Positions 37,431 to 48,323 of a stretch of DNA of 64,000 nucleotides are shown here, piece by piece (the first letter of the stretch is position 1; every line of letters begins with the position of its first letter). Position numbers and translations under genes: made by a program. Below the pieces are notes generated by a model. The model searched no databases. It was given only the letters and a program-made list of their open reading frames with translations, and was not told the origin of the DNA. This stretch comes from an uncultured Gemmatimonadales bacterium (GTDB taxonomy: Bacteria; Gemmatimonadota; Gemmatimonadetes; Longimicrobiales; RSA9): the NCBI GenBank assembly GCA_963741945.1, contig CAVUKA010000001.1, positions 192,001 to 256,000 of the forward strand. Reading direction: 5' to 3'.

Positions 37431-39320
37431 TCAAGACTGCGGAACGCGCCTCCCTGCCGGCGTTCGTACGGTCACCCCCGCGCGATCGAAATACTCGAGG
37501 AGCGGGATCAGGCTCTTCCGCGAAACCCGGACCACTTCCTTGAAATCGACCGGCGTCAGACCTTCCCTGCCGCCCAGGCGCCGGCGCAGCTCGACCGTGA
37601 CCTCCCGGACCACGTCGGCGTGGGCGTAAAGCCGGTGCTCGATACGGACGATCGTCCCCGCTTCGCAGAGGAGCCCGACCAGGTCCTCGAGGTCGGCGGC
37701 GTCCTGCACCGCAGCGCTGAGCTCGTCCAGCGATACCAGGGCGACACCGGCCTCGCGCACCGCGTCGACGATCCGGTCCCGCGTGGCTCTCTGGGCGCCC
37801 GTGAGCGTGGGCTCGTGCCCGGGCGCGGCGATCCGCCCCTGCCGCTTCACGGCGGCGCCCGTGGCGAGCGCAGCGTCGAGCGCGTGGTCCACCAGGGCGG
37901 CGTCGGGATCGCCGGGAACGGCCTTCAGGACGCGTTGCCGGAGCTCAGCCAGGTCCATCCCGGTGTGCAGCGGGTGCTCGCGGTGGTACGCGTCGAGCGC
38001 CTGCAGGAGAGTCGTCCGCACGAACTCCGCCGCCGCCGGGTCGAATACGCGCTCGCGCACGGAGACCGCCCCGAGCGTGTCCAGCGCGGCCATGACATTG
38101 GCGGGTGACTGTCCGGTCCGGAGGGGAAGCGCATCCGGCCTGATTCCCGCCGCACCCGCGCCGGCCAGGATGGCGCCCACGCTGGCGTCGGGTGCGCCGC
38201 CCATCAGCGCCTCGTGCACCGCCCGCTCCGAGTCGCGTGGGCGACGGCGGGGCGCGGCCGGGTCCAGGACGATCCCGCCGGCGATGGTCGTGACGGGCGA
38301 GTAGGAGCGAATGACCACGCGGTCGAGGGCGCGGGCCACCAGCGGCGCCTCGAGTCGCAGCTGGGCGAGTGCGGTCTGGCCCGGGTCCAGGCGGCGGGCG
38401 TCCCCGAGCAGAACGCGGGCCATGGCTTCCGCAGTTCCGAGATGCACGCGCACCCGCTGTCCGTCCTCGATGGCCCAGGCCGATTCCGGGAGCACGCGCA
38501 GCCGCAGCGTCACGCGCGACGACTCGACCCAGCCGGCGTCGGACACGAGCACCATTCCCCGCTGGACGTGGTCCAGGTCCACCCCGCCGAGCGCCACGGC
38601 GGCCCGTTGCCCGGCGGAAACGCGTGCCACACTGCCGCCGTGGACCTGGAGGCCGCGCACGCGGGCGTGCACGTCGCCGGGGAGGAGGCGAACGGTGGCG
38701 TCGCCTTCCAGCGACCCGGACCAGACCGTCCCGGTGACCACGGTACCCGTGCCGTGGACCGAGAACGCGCGGTCCACGGGCATCCGGAACACATCGCCGG
38801 CGTCGCCCCTCCCCTCGCCCGCGCGCCCCACGAGGGTCGCTCGCAACGCCTCGAGGCCCTCCCCCGTGACCGCGGACGTGGCGATCATGGGCGCGCCCCT
38901 GAAGCGGGTGGCGCTCAGCGTCTCGGCCACTTCTTCCCGCACGAGGTCCAGCCAGGCCGGCTCCACCAGGTCCAGCTTCGTCAGCGCGACCACCGCCTCC
39001 GGGACTTCCAGCAGCTCGGCGATGGCGAGGTGCTCGCGCGTCTGCGGCATCACGCCCTCATCCGCGGCCACGACCAGCAGGAGCAGGTCCACGCCCGTGG
39101 TCCCGGCCAGCATGTTCCGGATGAAGTCCTCGTGACCCGGGACGTCCACGATCCCGAACGTCCGCTCGCCGACGTCCAGGTGTGTGAAGCCCAGATCGAT
39201 GCTGATGCCCCGACGCTTCTCCTCGGGGAGCCGGTCGGTGTCCGCGCCCGTCAGCGCCCGGATGAGCGCCGTCTTGCCGTGGTCGATGTGACCCGCGGTC
39301 CCGATCACGCCCCGGATCAC
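37431..39320 (-). CDS. selB: Selenocysteine-specific elongation factor
   Basis: [33 protein letters not shown]-terminal [13 protein letters not shown]. Confidence 0.96.
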   Translation of the reverse strand: MIRGVIGTAGHIDHGKTALIRALTGADTDRLPEEKRRGISIDLGFTHLDVGERTFGIVDVPGHEDFIRNMLAGTTGVDLLLLVVAADEGVMPQTREHLAIAELLEVPEAVVALTKLDLVEPAWLDLVREEVAETLSATRFRGAPMIATSAVTGEGLEALRATLVGRAGEGRGDAGDVFRMPVDRAFSVHGTGTVVTGTVWSGSLEGDATVRLLPGDVHARVRGLQVHGGSVARVSAGQRAAVALGGVDLDHVQRGMVLVSDAGWVESSRVTLRLRVLPESAWAIEDGQRVRVHLGTAEAMARVLLGDARRLDPGQTALAQLRLEAPLVARALDRVVIRSYSPVTTIAGGIVLDPAAPRRRPRDSERAVHEALMGGAPDASVGAILAGAGAAGIRPDALPLRTGQSPANVMAALDTLGAVSVRERVFDPAAAEFVRTTLLQALDAYHREHPLHTGMDLAELRQRVLKAVPGDPDAALVDHALDAALATGAAVKRQGRIAAPGHEPTLTGAQRATRDRIVDAVREAGVALVSLDELSAAVQDAADLEDLVGLLCEAGTIVRIEHRLYAHADVVREVTVELRRRLGGREGLTPVDFKEVVRVSRKSLIPLLEYFDRAGVTVRTPAGRRVPQS

Positions 39321-40075
39321 GGCGACGCCACCCCCGCCCCCACCGCGTCCGCCAGGAACTGCAGCGAACGGAGCGAGCCGTGCTCCACCAGGTGGTAGCT
39401 CAGGAAGCGTGACAGAAGCTGCCAGTGCGCCACTGTCCGTTCCAGCGGCACCGCTTCGCCCGCGCACAGGCGGATGAGGTCCTGGCGCGCCGGCTCCGGC
39501 AGCACCCGACCCCCTCCGCCCCCCCCGCCGCACGCGGGACAGAACACGCCACCCGCGCCATAGTCGAGGAAGAGATCGCCGGCCGGGAGCGGGGAGCCGC
39601 AGACCACGCACCGGTCGAGGGAGGGGGCGAACCCGAGCGTGGCAATCAGCGCCCATGCCTGGGCCAGCGCTTCGGCTTCCACGCGCTCCGGCGGGGCCTG
39701 CTGGAGCGCATCCAGCCCCTGTCGGATCCGGGTGAAGACTTCCGGCGCCGGCTGCTCGCTGGCCGTGCGGAGCGCGATCTCGGCCAGCAGGGAAGCGCCG
39801 CCGAAGCGGACCAGGTCATCCCCGAGGCGCTGTCGTGGCCGCTGGAGCTCGAACTCGCCGAGCGTGTGGAGGTCCCGGTTCGGGCGCAGGTGGAAGGAGG
39901 CGATGCCATCCGTGAACGGCTCCAGCACGCCGCCGTAGCGGCTCTTCGGCCGGCGAGCCCCCTTCGCGATCACCGACTGCACTCCGTGCATGCGGGTCAG
40001 GAGGCGCAGGATCTTGCTGGTCTCGCTGTACGGAAACGCCTGCAGGATGACGGCGTCCACGATGACGAGGGGCAT
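39317..40075 (-). CDS. recO: DNA repair protein RecO
   Basis: YSETSKI..IAKGARRPKS, CVVC..CPAC. Confidence 0.93.
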   Translation of the reverse strand: MPLVIVDAVILQAFPYSETSKILRLLTRMHGVQSVIAKGARRPKSRYGGVLEPFTDGIASFHLRPNRDLHTLGEFELQRPRQRLGDDLVRFGGASLLAEIALRTASEQPAPEVFTRIRQGLDALQQAPPERVEAEALAQAWALIATLGFAPSLDRCVVCGSPLPAGDLFLDYGAGGVFCPACGGGGGGGRVLPEPARQDLIRLCAGEAVPLERTVAHWQLLSRFLSYHLVEHGSLRSLQFLADAVGAGVASP

Positions 40076-40076
40076 G

Positions 40077-40748
40077 TCAGCCGCCCGGGAGCAGGCGCTC
40101 CTTCAGCGCTCGGATCTTCCGCTCCATGGCCTCCTTCTCCGGCCCCGCTTCGGCGGATTCCAGGCCGGTCTGGAGCCTCGCGATCTCGATCAGCTCGTCA
40201 CGCGTTCGCCGCCGCCGGTAGCCGGGCGCGGCCGCCACGAAGATGCCGGCTGTGGCCATGGCGAGGAAGGCGACGAGGAGCGCCGCGCCGGCCGCGCCGT
40301 TCGCCGAGATCGGCGCCCGGCCACCCGCCGCCGGCATCCCCGCACCGCTCCCGGCGTCGCCCGCGATGCCGCCGCCGGACAGCGCGCTGGCCACGGCCCC
40401 CGCTTCCGCATCGGGCCCGACCTGGATGATGTAGTCGTCCACGGGCCCCTGGCCACCGCGCACACCGGGGCCGAGGTACATGGAGCCGTTGTAGCGGATG
40501 GCCCCGAAATAGAGCGCCGAGTCGGCCATGGGGATGTCGAAGCGGAACGTCCCGTCCGCCGCGGTGCTTCCCGTCGCCACGGCCTCACCGCCGCCCGCCC
40601 CCACCTTGTGGATGGCCACGGTCACGTCCGGCAGCGGCTCCCCGTCAGGCCCGCGGGCGATGCCCGCCAGGTGCTGGGCCGCGGCCGGCGAGGCCCAGAG
40701 CACCGCAGCCGCGATCAGGAGGGCGGGGCGGGGGCGGCGGGGGCTCAC
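40077..40748 (-). CDS. Hypothetical exported protein with carboxypeptidase-regulatory-like domain and TM anchor
   Basis: GTGA overlap, signal peptide, DGEPLPDVTV..TAADGTFRF. Confidence 0.7.
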   Translation of the reverse strand: MSPRRPRPALLIAAAVLWASPAAAQHLAGIARGPDGEPLPDVTVAIHKVGAGGGEAVATGSTAADGTFRFDIPMADSALYFGAIRYNGSMYLGPGVRGGQGPVDDYIIQVGPDAEAGAVASALSGGGIAGDAGSGAGMPAAGGRAPISANGAAGAALLVAFLAMATAGIFVAAAPGYRRRRTRDELIEIARLQTGLESAEAGPEKEAMERKIRALKERLLPGG

Positions 40749-41278
40749 GGCGTGAAGCGCCCGAAGTCTTCGGGGTGCAGTCGCCGGAGGTACTCTTTCA
40801 GGTCCTCGGGCGGCGTGAGCTCGTCCTCGGCCTCCGACAGCTCCTCCTCCGGAGCTTCGGCTTCGAAGTCGGACCCTTCGGAGATCTCGATGGACGTTTC
40901 CTCCAGGAGGTCGTCCGTGGTGTAGATCACCGCGTCCATGCGGAGCGCCATGGCGATGGAGTCGGACGGGCGGGCATCGAGGCTGAAATACTCGCTGTCC
41001 CGCGCAATGATCATCTCCGCGTAGTAGGTGTTGTCCACCACTTTCGTGATGATCACGCGCTGCAGCTTCCCTCCCAGGCCGGTGATGGCGGAGGCGAAGA
41101 GGTCGTGCGTGAGCGGTCGGGAGAAGCTCATCCCGGCCAGCTCCATGGCGATGGCGCTCGCCTCGCCCGGACCGATCCAGATCGGGAGGACCCGTGCGCC
41201 ATCCTTCTCCTGCAGGATGACCACCGGGCTGTTGGAGCTGCGATCGAGTCCGAGACTCTGGACCTTGACTTCTATCAT
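40745..41278 (-). CDS. Bifunctional nuclease family (DUF151)
   Basis: LPIWIGPGEA, RPLTHDL, DARPSDSIA. Confidence 0.93.
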   Translation of the reverse strand: MIEVKVQSLGLDRSSNSPVVILQEKDGARVLPIWIGPGEASAIAMELAGMSFSRPLTHDLFASAITGLGGKLQRVIITKVVDNTYYAEMIIARDSEYFSLDARPSDSIAMALRMDAVIYTTDDLLEETSIEISEGSDFEAEAPEEELSEAEDELTPPEDLKEYLRRLHPEDFGRFTP

Positions 41279-41394
41279 GCGCCTCCGCTCCGCGCGGGCC
41301 ATTAGAGGCCGAGTCACTGTTCCTGCGTCCGGGCGGACCGGCCACGCGTGGCGCCGCCGCCCTGCCATCAGATACTCCGGAGTGACGCCGGGGT

Positions 41395-42585
41395 TCACGC
41401 CCCCTTCACCGGGCGCCCCGCTGCCGTCTGCAGCTCCGCCACCCGGTCGGTGCGCTCCCACGGGAAGAGCTGGACCGTCCGACCATCCACCTCCTGCTCG
41501 CGCGGCGACCGGCCGAAGTGCCCGTACACCGCCGTCGGCCGGAAGATGGGCTGGCTCAGGCCCAGTGTCGCGATAATGGCGCGGGGGCGGAAATCGAACA
41601 CATCCTGCACCGCCCGCGCGATCGCGTCATCCGGGATCTGCCCGGTGCCGAACGTCTCCACGTGAACCGAGACCGGCTCGGGCACACCGATGGCATACGC
41701 CAGCTGGATCTCGCACCGCCGCGCGAGCCCCGCGGCCACCACGTTCTTGGCCGCCCATCGCGCGCCGTACGCACCCGAGCGATCCACTTTCGTCGGGTCC
41801 TTCCCGCTGAATGCGCCGCCGCCGTGCCGCCCCGCCCCGCCGTAGGTGTCCACGATGATCTTGCGGCCGGTCAGGCCGGCATCACCACGCGGGCCGCCGA
41901 TCACGAACCGGCCCGTGGGGTTCACGTGGAAGATGCAGCGGTCGCGATCGAACAGCTCTTTCGGCATCACGGGCGTGATGACTTCCTCCACCACCGCCTC
42001 GCGGACGGTCGATAGGTCCACCTCCGGCGCGTGTTGGGTGCTGACCACCACCGTATTCACCCGGACCGGCCGGTCCCCGTCGTACTCCACCGTCACCTGC
42101 GCCTTCCCATCGGGGCGCAGCCAGGGCAGCTGTCGGGAGTGCCGCAGCTCGGCCAGTCGCTGCGTGAGGCGATGGGAAAGCTGGATCGGCGCCGGCATCA
42201 GCTCTGGCGTCTCGTCCACCGCGTAGCCGAACATCATGCCCTGGTCCCCCGCCCCGCCGGGGTCGACGCCCTGCTGGATGTCCGTGGACTGGTGCCCCAC
42301 GGAGATGAGAACGCCGCAGTTGTCTCCGTCGATGCCCCAGGTGGAGTCCGTGTAGCCGATGGAAGAGATGGTGCCGCGCACCAGGGCCTGGTAGTCCGGG
42401 ACAGCGAGCGTCGTGATCTCCCCGGTCACGACCACGAGGCCGGTCGTGACCAGGACCTCGCACGCCACCCGCCCGGCTGGATCCTCGCTCAGGATCGCGT
42501 CCAGAACGGTGTCGCTGATCTGGTCGGCGATCTTGTCGGGATGGCCCTCGGTGACGGACTCCGAGGTGAACAGGCGAGTCGGCAT
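41395..42585 (-). CDS. metK: S-adenosylmethionine synthetase
   Basis: [28 protein letters not shown]. Confidence 0.98.
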   Translation of the reverse strand: MPTRLFTSESVTEGHPDKIADQISDTVLDAILSEDPAGRVACEVLVTTGLVVVTGEITTLAVPDYQALVRGTISSIGYTDSTWGIDGDNCGVLISVGHQSTDIQQGVDPGGAGDQGMMFGYAVDETPELMPAPIQLSHRLTQRLAELRHSRQLPWLRPDGKAQVTVEYDGDRPVRVNTVVVSTQHAPEVDLSTVREAVVEEVITPVMPKELFDRDRCIFHVNPTGRFVIGGPRGDAGLTGRKIIVDTYGGAGRHGGGAFSGKDPTKVDRSGAYGARWAAKNVVAAGLARRCEIQLAYAIGVPEPVSVHVETFGTGQIPDDAIARAVQDVFDFRPRAIIATLGLSQPIFRPTAVYGHFGRSPREQEVDGRTVQLFPWERTDRVAELQTAAGRPVKGA

Positions 42586-42635
42586 GGTCTGCTTCATTCG
42601 AGTCTTGCGTGCGGCGGACGCCGAAGTGTAGAACC

Positions 42636-44423
42636 TCACTCCGGGCCGGACAAGTTCCAGCGTCCGGCGAAGAGCGAGAGGTCGAGCCACTCCGAGATCC
42701 CTTCCGTGAGGATCCGGGTCACCGTGCGGGTGTCGGCCGCCGCGAGGGCTTCATCAGCGCGCGCGCGGGCATCGGACGCGGGGACGGATCGCACCACCTT
42801 CTTGATCTCGGGGAGCGCGGCCGGTGACACGCTGAAGACCGTGATCCCGAGACCGAGCAGCAGGTACAGACCGACGGGGTCGGAAGCCAGCTCGCCGCAG
42901 ACGCTCACTTCCAGCCCCGCCGCCCGCCCTGCCTGGACCGTCTGCCGCAGGAGCTTGATCACCGAGGGGTGCAGCGCGTCGAAGCGCGACGACAGGCGCG
43001 CATTGTTCCGGTCGACCGCGAGCGTGTACTGGGTCAGGTCGTTCGTCCCGATGGAGAAGAAGTCCGCGTACCGCGTCAGCTCCCCGGCCATGAGGGCGGC
43101 CGCGGGTGTCTCGATCATGACGCCCAGCTTGTACCCGGGATTGAACGGGATCCCGTCCGCGTTCAGCCGGTCCTCCTCCTCTTCGAGGATGCTCCGCGTC
43201 TCCTGGATCTCCTCCACCGACGTGATGAGCGGAAGCATGATCCGCACATCCCCGTGGACCGTGGCACGGAGCATGGCACGAAGGTGGGTGCGGAACAGCT
43301 CCGGCATGTCCAGGCAGACGCGGATCGCGCGCCAGCCCAGGTACGGGTTCTCCTCCGCGGGCATGTTCAGGAAGAGCGGGAACTTGTCGCCTCCGAGGTC
43401 GTACGTCCGGATCACCACCGCATCGTGCGGGAACAGCTCCGCCACCCGGCGATAGGCTTCGTACTGCGATTCCTCCTCCGGCATCGAGCGGCGGCCGACC
43501 ACGAGGAACTCCGTCCGGAACAGGCCCACGCCCTGCGCGCCGTGCTCCTTCGCCGTCTGCGCCTCGCCGGGCAGGTCAATGTTGCCGCGGAGCAGCACGG
43601 GCTGTCGGTCCGGCGTCACGGGCTCGAGATGGGCCAGGAGCACCAGCTCCTGCTCCCATTCCCTCACCTGGATGTCCCGTTCGCGATAACGCCGCCGCTC
43701 GGACTCCGAGGGATTCGCGATCAGTCGCCCTGTCCGCCCGTCGAGGATCAGCAGGTCCCCCTGCCCGATCTGGGATGCGGCCTCCCCGAGCCCCACCACG
43801 GCGGGAATCCCCAGGGCGCGCGCGATGATCGCGGAATGCGACGTCCTCGTGCCCGCGTCCGTGGCCAGCCCCAGCACACGGGCCGGATTCAGCTGCACGG
43901 TCAGGCTCGGGATCAGGTCGCGTGCCACCAGGATCACGGGGTCCCGGATCGCGTCCAGGAGCGAGTCGGGGTCCTCCTGCCCCAGCAGGTGACGGATCAG
44001 GCGATTCTCGACATCGAGCAGGTCGTTCAACCGGTCCATCACCATCGGGTGGCCCGTCTGGCGCCACTCGGACTGGAACTCGAGCATCCGGAGCTCCACC
44101 GCGCGGGCCGCCGAAAGGCGGTTCTCGCCGATGTACGCCTTGACGCCCTCCACCAGGTCGGCATCCTGCAACATCATGAGCTGTGGCTCGAAGATCTGCG
44201 CCTCCACCGGTCCGAGGCGGGTCGCCGCCTCGTCCTGGATGTGCAGCAGCTGCTCGCGCGTGGCTGCGCGCGCATCGCGGAACCGCTGGATCTCCTCCTC
44301 GATCTCGTCCGCGCTGATCGTCTGGTGCACCACGCGGGCTCGCTCCCACGCCACCACGTGCGCCGGGCCGATCACGATTCCAGGGGACGCGGGGGTCCCC
44401 TCGCACATCAGACGCTCTGCCAC
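42636..44423 (-). CDS. ptsI: PTS enzyme I
   Basis: [33 protein letters not shown]. Confidence 0.96.
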   Translation of the reverse strand: MAERLMCEGTPASPGIVIGPAHVVAWERARVVHQTISADEIEEEIQRFRDARAATREQLLHIQDEAATRLGPVEAQIFEPQLMMLQDADLVEGVKAYIGENRLSAARAVELRMLEFQSEWRQTGHPMVMDRLNDLLDVENRLIRHLLGQEDPDSLLDAIRDPVILVARDLIPSLTVQLNPARVLGLATDAGTRTSHSAIIARALGIPAVVGLGEAASQIGQGDLLILDGRTGRLIANPSESERRRYRERDIQVREWEQELVLLAHLEPVTPDRQPVLLRGNIDLPGEAQTAKEHGAQGVGLFRTEFLVVGRRSMPEEESQYEAYRRVAELFPHDAVVIRTYDLGGDKFPLFLNMPAEENPYLGWRAIRVCLDMPELFRTHLRAMLRATVHGDVRIMLPLITSVEEIQETRSILEEEEDRLNADGIPFNPGYKLGVMIETPAAALMAGELTRYADFFSIGTNDLTQYTLAVDRNNARLSSRFDALHPSVIKLLRQTVQAGRAAGLEVSVCGELASDPVGLYLLLGLGITVFSVSPAALPEIKKVVRSVPASDARARADEALAAADTRTVTRILTEGISEWLDLSLFAGRWNLSGPE

Positions 44424-44705
44424 TTACTCCTCTCCGAACCTCGAGATCACCAGCTCCACCAGCACGTCCACGGCGACATCGGCATCTTCACCCGACGCGC
44501 GGATCACGATCTCCGCACCCCGCTCCGCCGCCAGCATCATCATGCCCATGATGCTCTTGCCGTTCACTTCCAGCTCGTCCTTCCGGACCCAGACCTCGCA
44601 CCTGAACTGATGCGCCTTCTTCACGAACTCCGCCGCAGGACGGGCGTGCAGACCATACTTGTTCTGGATGACCACGCTCTGTTCCGCGGTCCCCGGCTCG
44701 CTCAT
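44424..44705 (-). CDS. ptsH: HPr phosphocarrier
   Basis: GLHARPA, GKSIMGMM. Confidence 0.96.
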   Translation of the reverse strand: MSEPGTAEQSVVIQNKYGLHARPAAEFVKKAHQFRCEVWVRKDELEVNGKSIMGMMMLAAERGAEIVIRASGEDADVAVDVLVELVISRFGEE

Positions 44706-45460
44706 CGCACTCCCCCCACCAATATTCCCGCCACCGTCAGGAGCGCCACGGCCACTATCCCGTAGCGACGCATGCGCTCGCCGAATCGCGCTCCCGCCAC
44801 TGCGGCCACCAGTGCGGCCACGCTCCACGCCCAGGCCAGCTCCGGCGGTCGCGCCGGCGAGAGCGGCAACCCCTTCAGCGCCAGCAGCGCCGCCACCAGA
44901 CCGCTCAGGAAAGCTCCGAGCACCATGATCCGGGGCGGCGTTCGCGGCACCACCGACTCCCGCAGGCGCTCCGCCATGGCGAACCCTTCGGCGAACCCCA
45001 CGTTGAGACCCCACGCCATCAGCCCCACGTGGAGCACGTTGTAGATCAGGAGGAACGCGGCGATGGCCGCCCACCACGGCGCGCCGAGCAGAAGGAGGAA
45101 GAGCGCCAGCAGCACCGAGGCGGGGCGCCAGCCCGCCCACACGAGCTGATCACCCAGCGTCCCCAGCGATCCCCGCATTGCGGCCTTGAACCGCTCGATG
45201 ACGGCCGGATCCGCCCCTTCCTGCTCCAGCTTCAGGACGGCGCCCAGCGCCAGCGGCGCCAGGTACGGGTGGCTGTTGAACGGACCCTCGTGGCGCCGGA
45301 CGGCGGCCTCGAGCGCCACTGCGTCGCCGTACACGCGCCGGAGGCCCGGCAGCAGGACGAAGCCGAAACCCGTGCCCGTGAGCGTTTCATAGTTCCATGA
45401 GCCCTGCACCGCGAACGAGCGGAACAGGATGGACCAGGGCGCCCGCGTCACGCCGCTCAC
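44702..45460 (-). CDS. PTS mannose-class IID
   Basis: QGSWNYE, FNSHPY, LGTLGDQLVW. Confidence 0.92.
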   Translation of the reverse strand: MSGVTRAPWSILFRSFAVQGSWNYETLTGTGFGFVLLPGLRRVYGDAVALEAAVRRHEGPFNSHPYLAPLALGAVLKLEQEGADPAVIERFKAAMRGSLGTLGDQLVWAGWRPASVLLALFLLLLGAPWWAAIAAFLLIYNVLHVGLMAWGLNVGFAEGFAMAERLRESVVPRTPPRIMVLGAFLSGLVAALLALKGLPLSPARPPELAWAWSVAALVAAVAGARFGERMRRYGIVAVALLTVAGILVGGVR

Positions 45461-46131
45461 GGCAGCACCCAGCCGAGAAGGATCCCCGCGCACGCCCCCG
45501 CGACCAGGGCCAGGCGCCGGGAGCGGACGCCTCCGAAGAGTGCGGCGGCCGTGCCCACCATGCCGGCGGCGATGACCCCCAGCGCCCCGGTCACCACACC
45601 CCCGTCCAGTCCCCAGACCGGCTCCGCCGCGCGCACGAGGCCGTACGCGAGCAGCCCGCCACCTGCCGCCAGCACGCTGCCGCGCAGGAAATCCGCCGCC
45701 ATGGCGGTCAGATGGAGCCGCTCGAGCGTTGATGCGGAAACCGGTCCATGACGCGTGAGGAGCTGTCCGTTGCCGCGGCGCAGGAGAACGATGCTGGCGC
45801 CGCACACCTGCTCCCAGGCGAGCGCGAACGCAAGCGTCAGGACCAGCGCTCCCACGCTCGATCCGTTCGGGGCGAAAGCGACGTAGGCGCTCGTCGCCGC
45901 AACGGCGGCCGTCCCGGACTCGGGGTACCGGGCTGCGCCGATCGGCAGGATCACGAGGGCGAACGCTTCCAGGAGGAAGCCCAGGAGCACGCCCTCCGCC
46001 GGCCGTCCCAGGAGCGCGCCCGTGAGTGTGCCGGCCACGAGCGGTCGTGAGAACATGGCCTGGGGAAACGAAGTTCCGTCCAGGCCGACCAGCCCTCCCA
46101 TCAACGCCACCATCAGCCAGGAGGTCATCAC
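45457..46131 (-). CDS. PTS mannose-class IIC
   Basis: QAMFSRPLVAG, PIGAARYPE. Confidence 0.9.
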   Translation of the reverse strand: MMTSWLMVALMGGLVGLDGTSFPQAMFSRPLVAGTLTGALLGRPAEGVLLGFLLEAFALVILPIGAARYPESGTAAVAATSAYVAFAPNGSSVGALVLTLAFALAWEQVCGASIVLLRRGNGQLLTRHGPVSASTLERLHLTAMAADFLRGSVLAAGGGLLAYGLVRAAEPVWGLDGGVVTGALGVIAAGMVGTAAALFGGVRSRRLALVAGACAGILLGWVLP

Positions 46132-46610
46132 GCGCCCACCAGCTCGTCCAGCTCGACGCGCCGGGCGTCGGGAACGTCGCGCGCCACCACCCGGGTGCCC
46201 TGCGCCGACAGCTCCTCCAGCGCGCGCCGGTCTTCGTCGCTCAGGAAGATGTAGCGCAGCACGCGGGTTCGCCCCGGCGCGTGATGAATCCCGCCGATGT
46301 TCACTTCGGCCCCCTCCATCAGGCCGCTCCTCGCCAAACGCGTCATGGTTCCGATTTCACGCGTGAGCACCATGATCCGCTCCCGCGCCTCCTCCCAACC
46401 GGGGAGGCGATCGCGCGCTTCCGCGACCGTGACGAACTCCGCTTCCACGTCCGCGGGCACGCCCATGGCATAGAGCTCCTGCTCCCACGGGGTCACGGCC
46501 AGGATGTCGTCCACGACCACGATGCGCGACGGGTTCAACCGCCCTCCCCAGCCCACCACGACCTGGCCGTGGATCAGCCGCTCATCGACCCGGTAGAGAA
46601 CCACGCTCAC
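46128..46610 (-). CDS. PTS mannose-class IIB
   Basis: RVDERLIHGQV, VNIGG. Confidence 0.93.
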   Translation of the reverse strand: MSVVLYRVDERLIHGQVVVGWGGRLNPSRIVVVDDILAVTPWEQELYAMGVPADVEAEFVTVAEARDRLPGWEEARERIMVLTREIGTMTRLARSGLMEGAEVNIGGIHHAPGRTRVLRYIFLSDEDRRALEELSAQGTRVVARDVPDARRVELDELVGA

Positions 46611-46614
46611 GCCG

Positions 46615-47010
46615 TCACCCAGGCTCCGGGATGGCGCAGATCCCGTCCCGGCCCCGCTGTATCAGCCGGGGCACCAGCTCCTCCAGGGGGAGCGACGAGC
46701 GCTTCATGGCGAAGTCCAGGAGCAGCGGCAGGTTCACGCCCGTGATCACGGCGCACGATCCACTGTCCCGGCACGCCCGTCTCGCCGCGATCCCGCAGCT
46801 CCCTTCGCGCAGGTCCGTGAACACGATGACCGGGCCGTCCCCCGCCAGCCGGGCCACGCCGTCGCGAATCCCCTCTGGACCGAGCCCCTCGTTCGAAAAC
46901 GGCACGAGGGCGTCGTCGTCCATGCCCGCGATCCGCTGGACGGCCTCCACGAGGCCCCGGGCCAGCGCGGCATGGGCCACCACGATCCCGCGCACTTGGG
47001 CGTCACTCAT
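46615..47010 (-). CDS. PTS mannose-class IIA
   Basis: VVAH, TDLREGS, ITGVNLPLLL. Confidence 0.9.
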   Translation of the reverse strand: MSDAQVRGIVVAHAALARGLVEAVQRIAGMDDDALVPFSNEGLGPEGIRDGVARLAGDGPVIVFTDLREGSCGIAARRACRDSGSCAVITGVNLPLLLDFAMKRSSLPLEELVPRLIQRGRDGICAIPEPG

Positions 47011-47965
47011 AATCTTCCTCGAGATACTCCCGCACGGGACGCATGGCCGCCTGGATCGTGGCGTTGAACCGCTCCGCGCTGTGGATCCCCGAGTACTTCA
47101 ACAGGTGGTTCATCGCCACGACTTCCGCGATCACCGTGATGTTCTTCCCTGGATTAAGCGGGATCGTGACCTGTGGAATCGGAACCTCCAGGATGTCGAC
47201 CTGCTCCGTGGCCAGACCCGTGCGATCGTAGGCATCCTTCTCGTTCCAGTCCACCAGCCGCACCACGACCTCGATGCGCTTCTGCTGCCGGATGGCGCGG
47301 ATCCCGAAAAGCGCCGAAATGTCGATGATCCCGATGCCGCGGATCTCCATGTGGTGCCGCTGCAGCTCGTGACCGCGCGCGATGAGCACGTCATTGCCCC
47401 GCCGGGTAACGTAGACCAGGTCATCGGCCACGAGCCGATGACCCCGCTCCACCAGGTCCAGGACGCACTCGCTCTTGCCGATCCCGCTCCGCCCCACGAT
47501 GAGCAGGCCGACGCCGTACACGTCCGCCATGGACCCGTGCAGCGTGGTGCTGGGAGCGAACATGGCTTCCAGATACGGCTGGATCCGACGGTAGAGGTCG
47601 CCGGTCTTCAGCGACGTCCTGAAAACGGGCACCTGGCGCTCCGACGCCAGCTCCAGCAGCCGCGCGGGCACTTCCTGCCCCTTGCTGACCACCAGCGCCG
47701 GCATGTCGATGGAGAACAGGCGCCCGAGCACGGACTCGAGCTCACCCTCCTTCACCGAGTGGAGGAAAGCGACTTCCGTTTCCCCCAGGATCTGGAGGCG
47801 CCCCTTGGGCACGCGGTCACGAAAGCCGGACAGGATGAGCCCCGGGCTGGACAGGCTCGGGGCTTCGATCGGCCGGTCGAGCGAGACGTCCGGCGTCAGA
47901 AGCTCGAGGTCGATGACATCCTGCTTGTCGGCTAGCAGCGCCTTGATGGTCAGGTTCGGGCTCAC
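47003..47965 (-). CDS. hprK: HPr kinase/phosphorylase
   Basis: GRSGIGKSE, GHRLVADD, MEIRGIGII. Confidence 0.97.
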   Translation of the reverse strand: MSPNLTIKALLADKQDVIDLELLTPDVSLDRPIEAPSLSSPGLILSGFRDRVPKGRLQILGETEVAFLHSVKEGELESVLGRLFSIDMPALVVSKGQEVPARLLELASERQVPVFRTSLKTGDLYRRIQPYLEAMFAPSTTLHGSMADVYGVGLLIVGRSGIGKSECVLDLVERGHRLVADDLVYVTRRGNDVLIARGHELQRHHMEIRGIGIIDISALFGIRAIRQQKRIEVVVRLVDWNEKDAYDRTGLATEQVDILEVPIPQVTIPLNPGKNITVIAEVVAMNHLLKYSGIHSAERFNATIQAAMRPVREYLEEDYE

Positions 47966-47977
47966 GCAGTCTCCGCG

Positions 47978-48301
47978 CTAGGGTTCGAGGATCACCGCCG
48001 GCGGGGGCGCCTGGTGATCGATGCGCTTCGTGCGTTCCCGGCGCAGGCGACGACGGATCTTCTCGAACGCACGGTCGAACGCGCTGCGATTCGTTTCACC
48101 TTCGGCACGGGCCACCAGCGTGGGAACACCGGGCACCTCCGCACGCATCTCCACTGCGTGATGGCCGTGCTCCCCCTCGAACAGCACCGCCACCGTGAGG
48201 ACCCGGGGATCGTACTTCCCGAGCTTGCGCACCCGCTCGTCCGCACGCTTCATGAGTGCGTCGCTGACCGTGCTATGCCGCGTGGTGATCCGAACGTCCA
48301 T
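47978..48301 (-). CDS. hpf: Ribosome hibernation promoting factor (HPF/RaiA)
   Basis: MDVRITTRH..SAFDRAFEKIRRRL, position before hprK. Confidence 0.85.
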   Translation of the reverse strand: MDVRITTRHSTVSDALMKRADERVRKLGKYDPRVLTVAVLFEGEHGHHAVEMRAEVPGVPTLVARAEGETNRSAFDRAFEKIRRRLRRERTKRIDHQAPPPAVILEP

Positions 48302-48323
48302 GGGGCCTCCAGCGTTGGAATCC

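Noticed and set aside
42586-42635. SAM riboswitch before metK, and FMN riboswitch before ribD
   Set aside because: The intergenic gaps are too short (about 50 nt and 16 nt) and lack the consensus.
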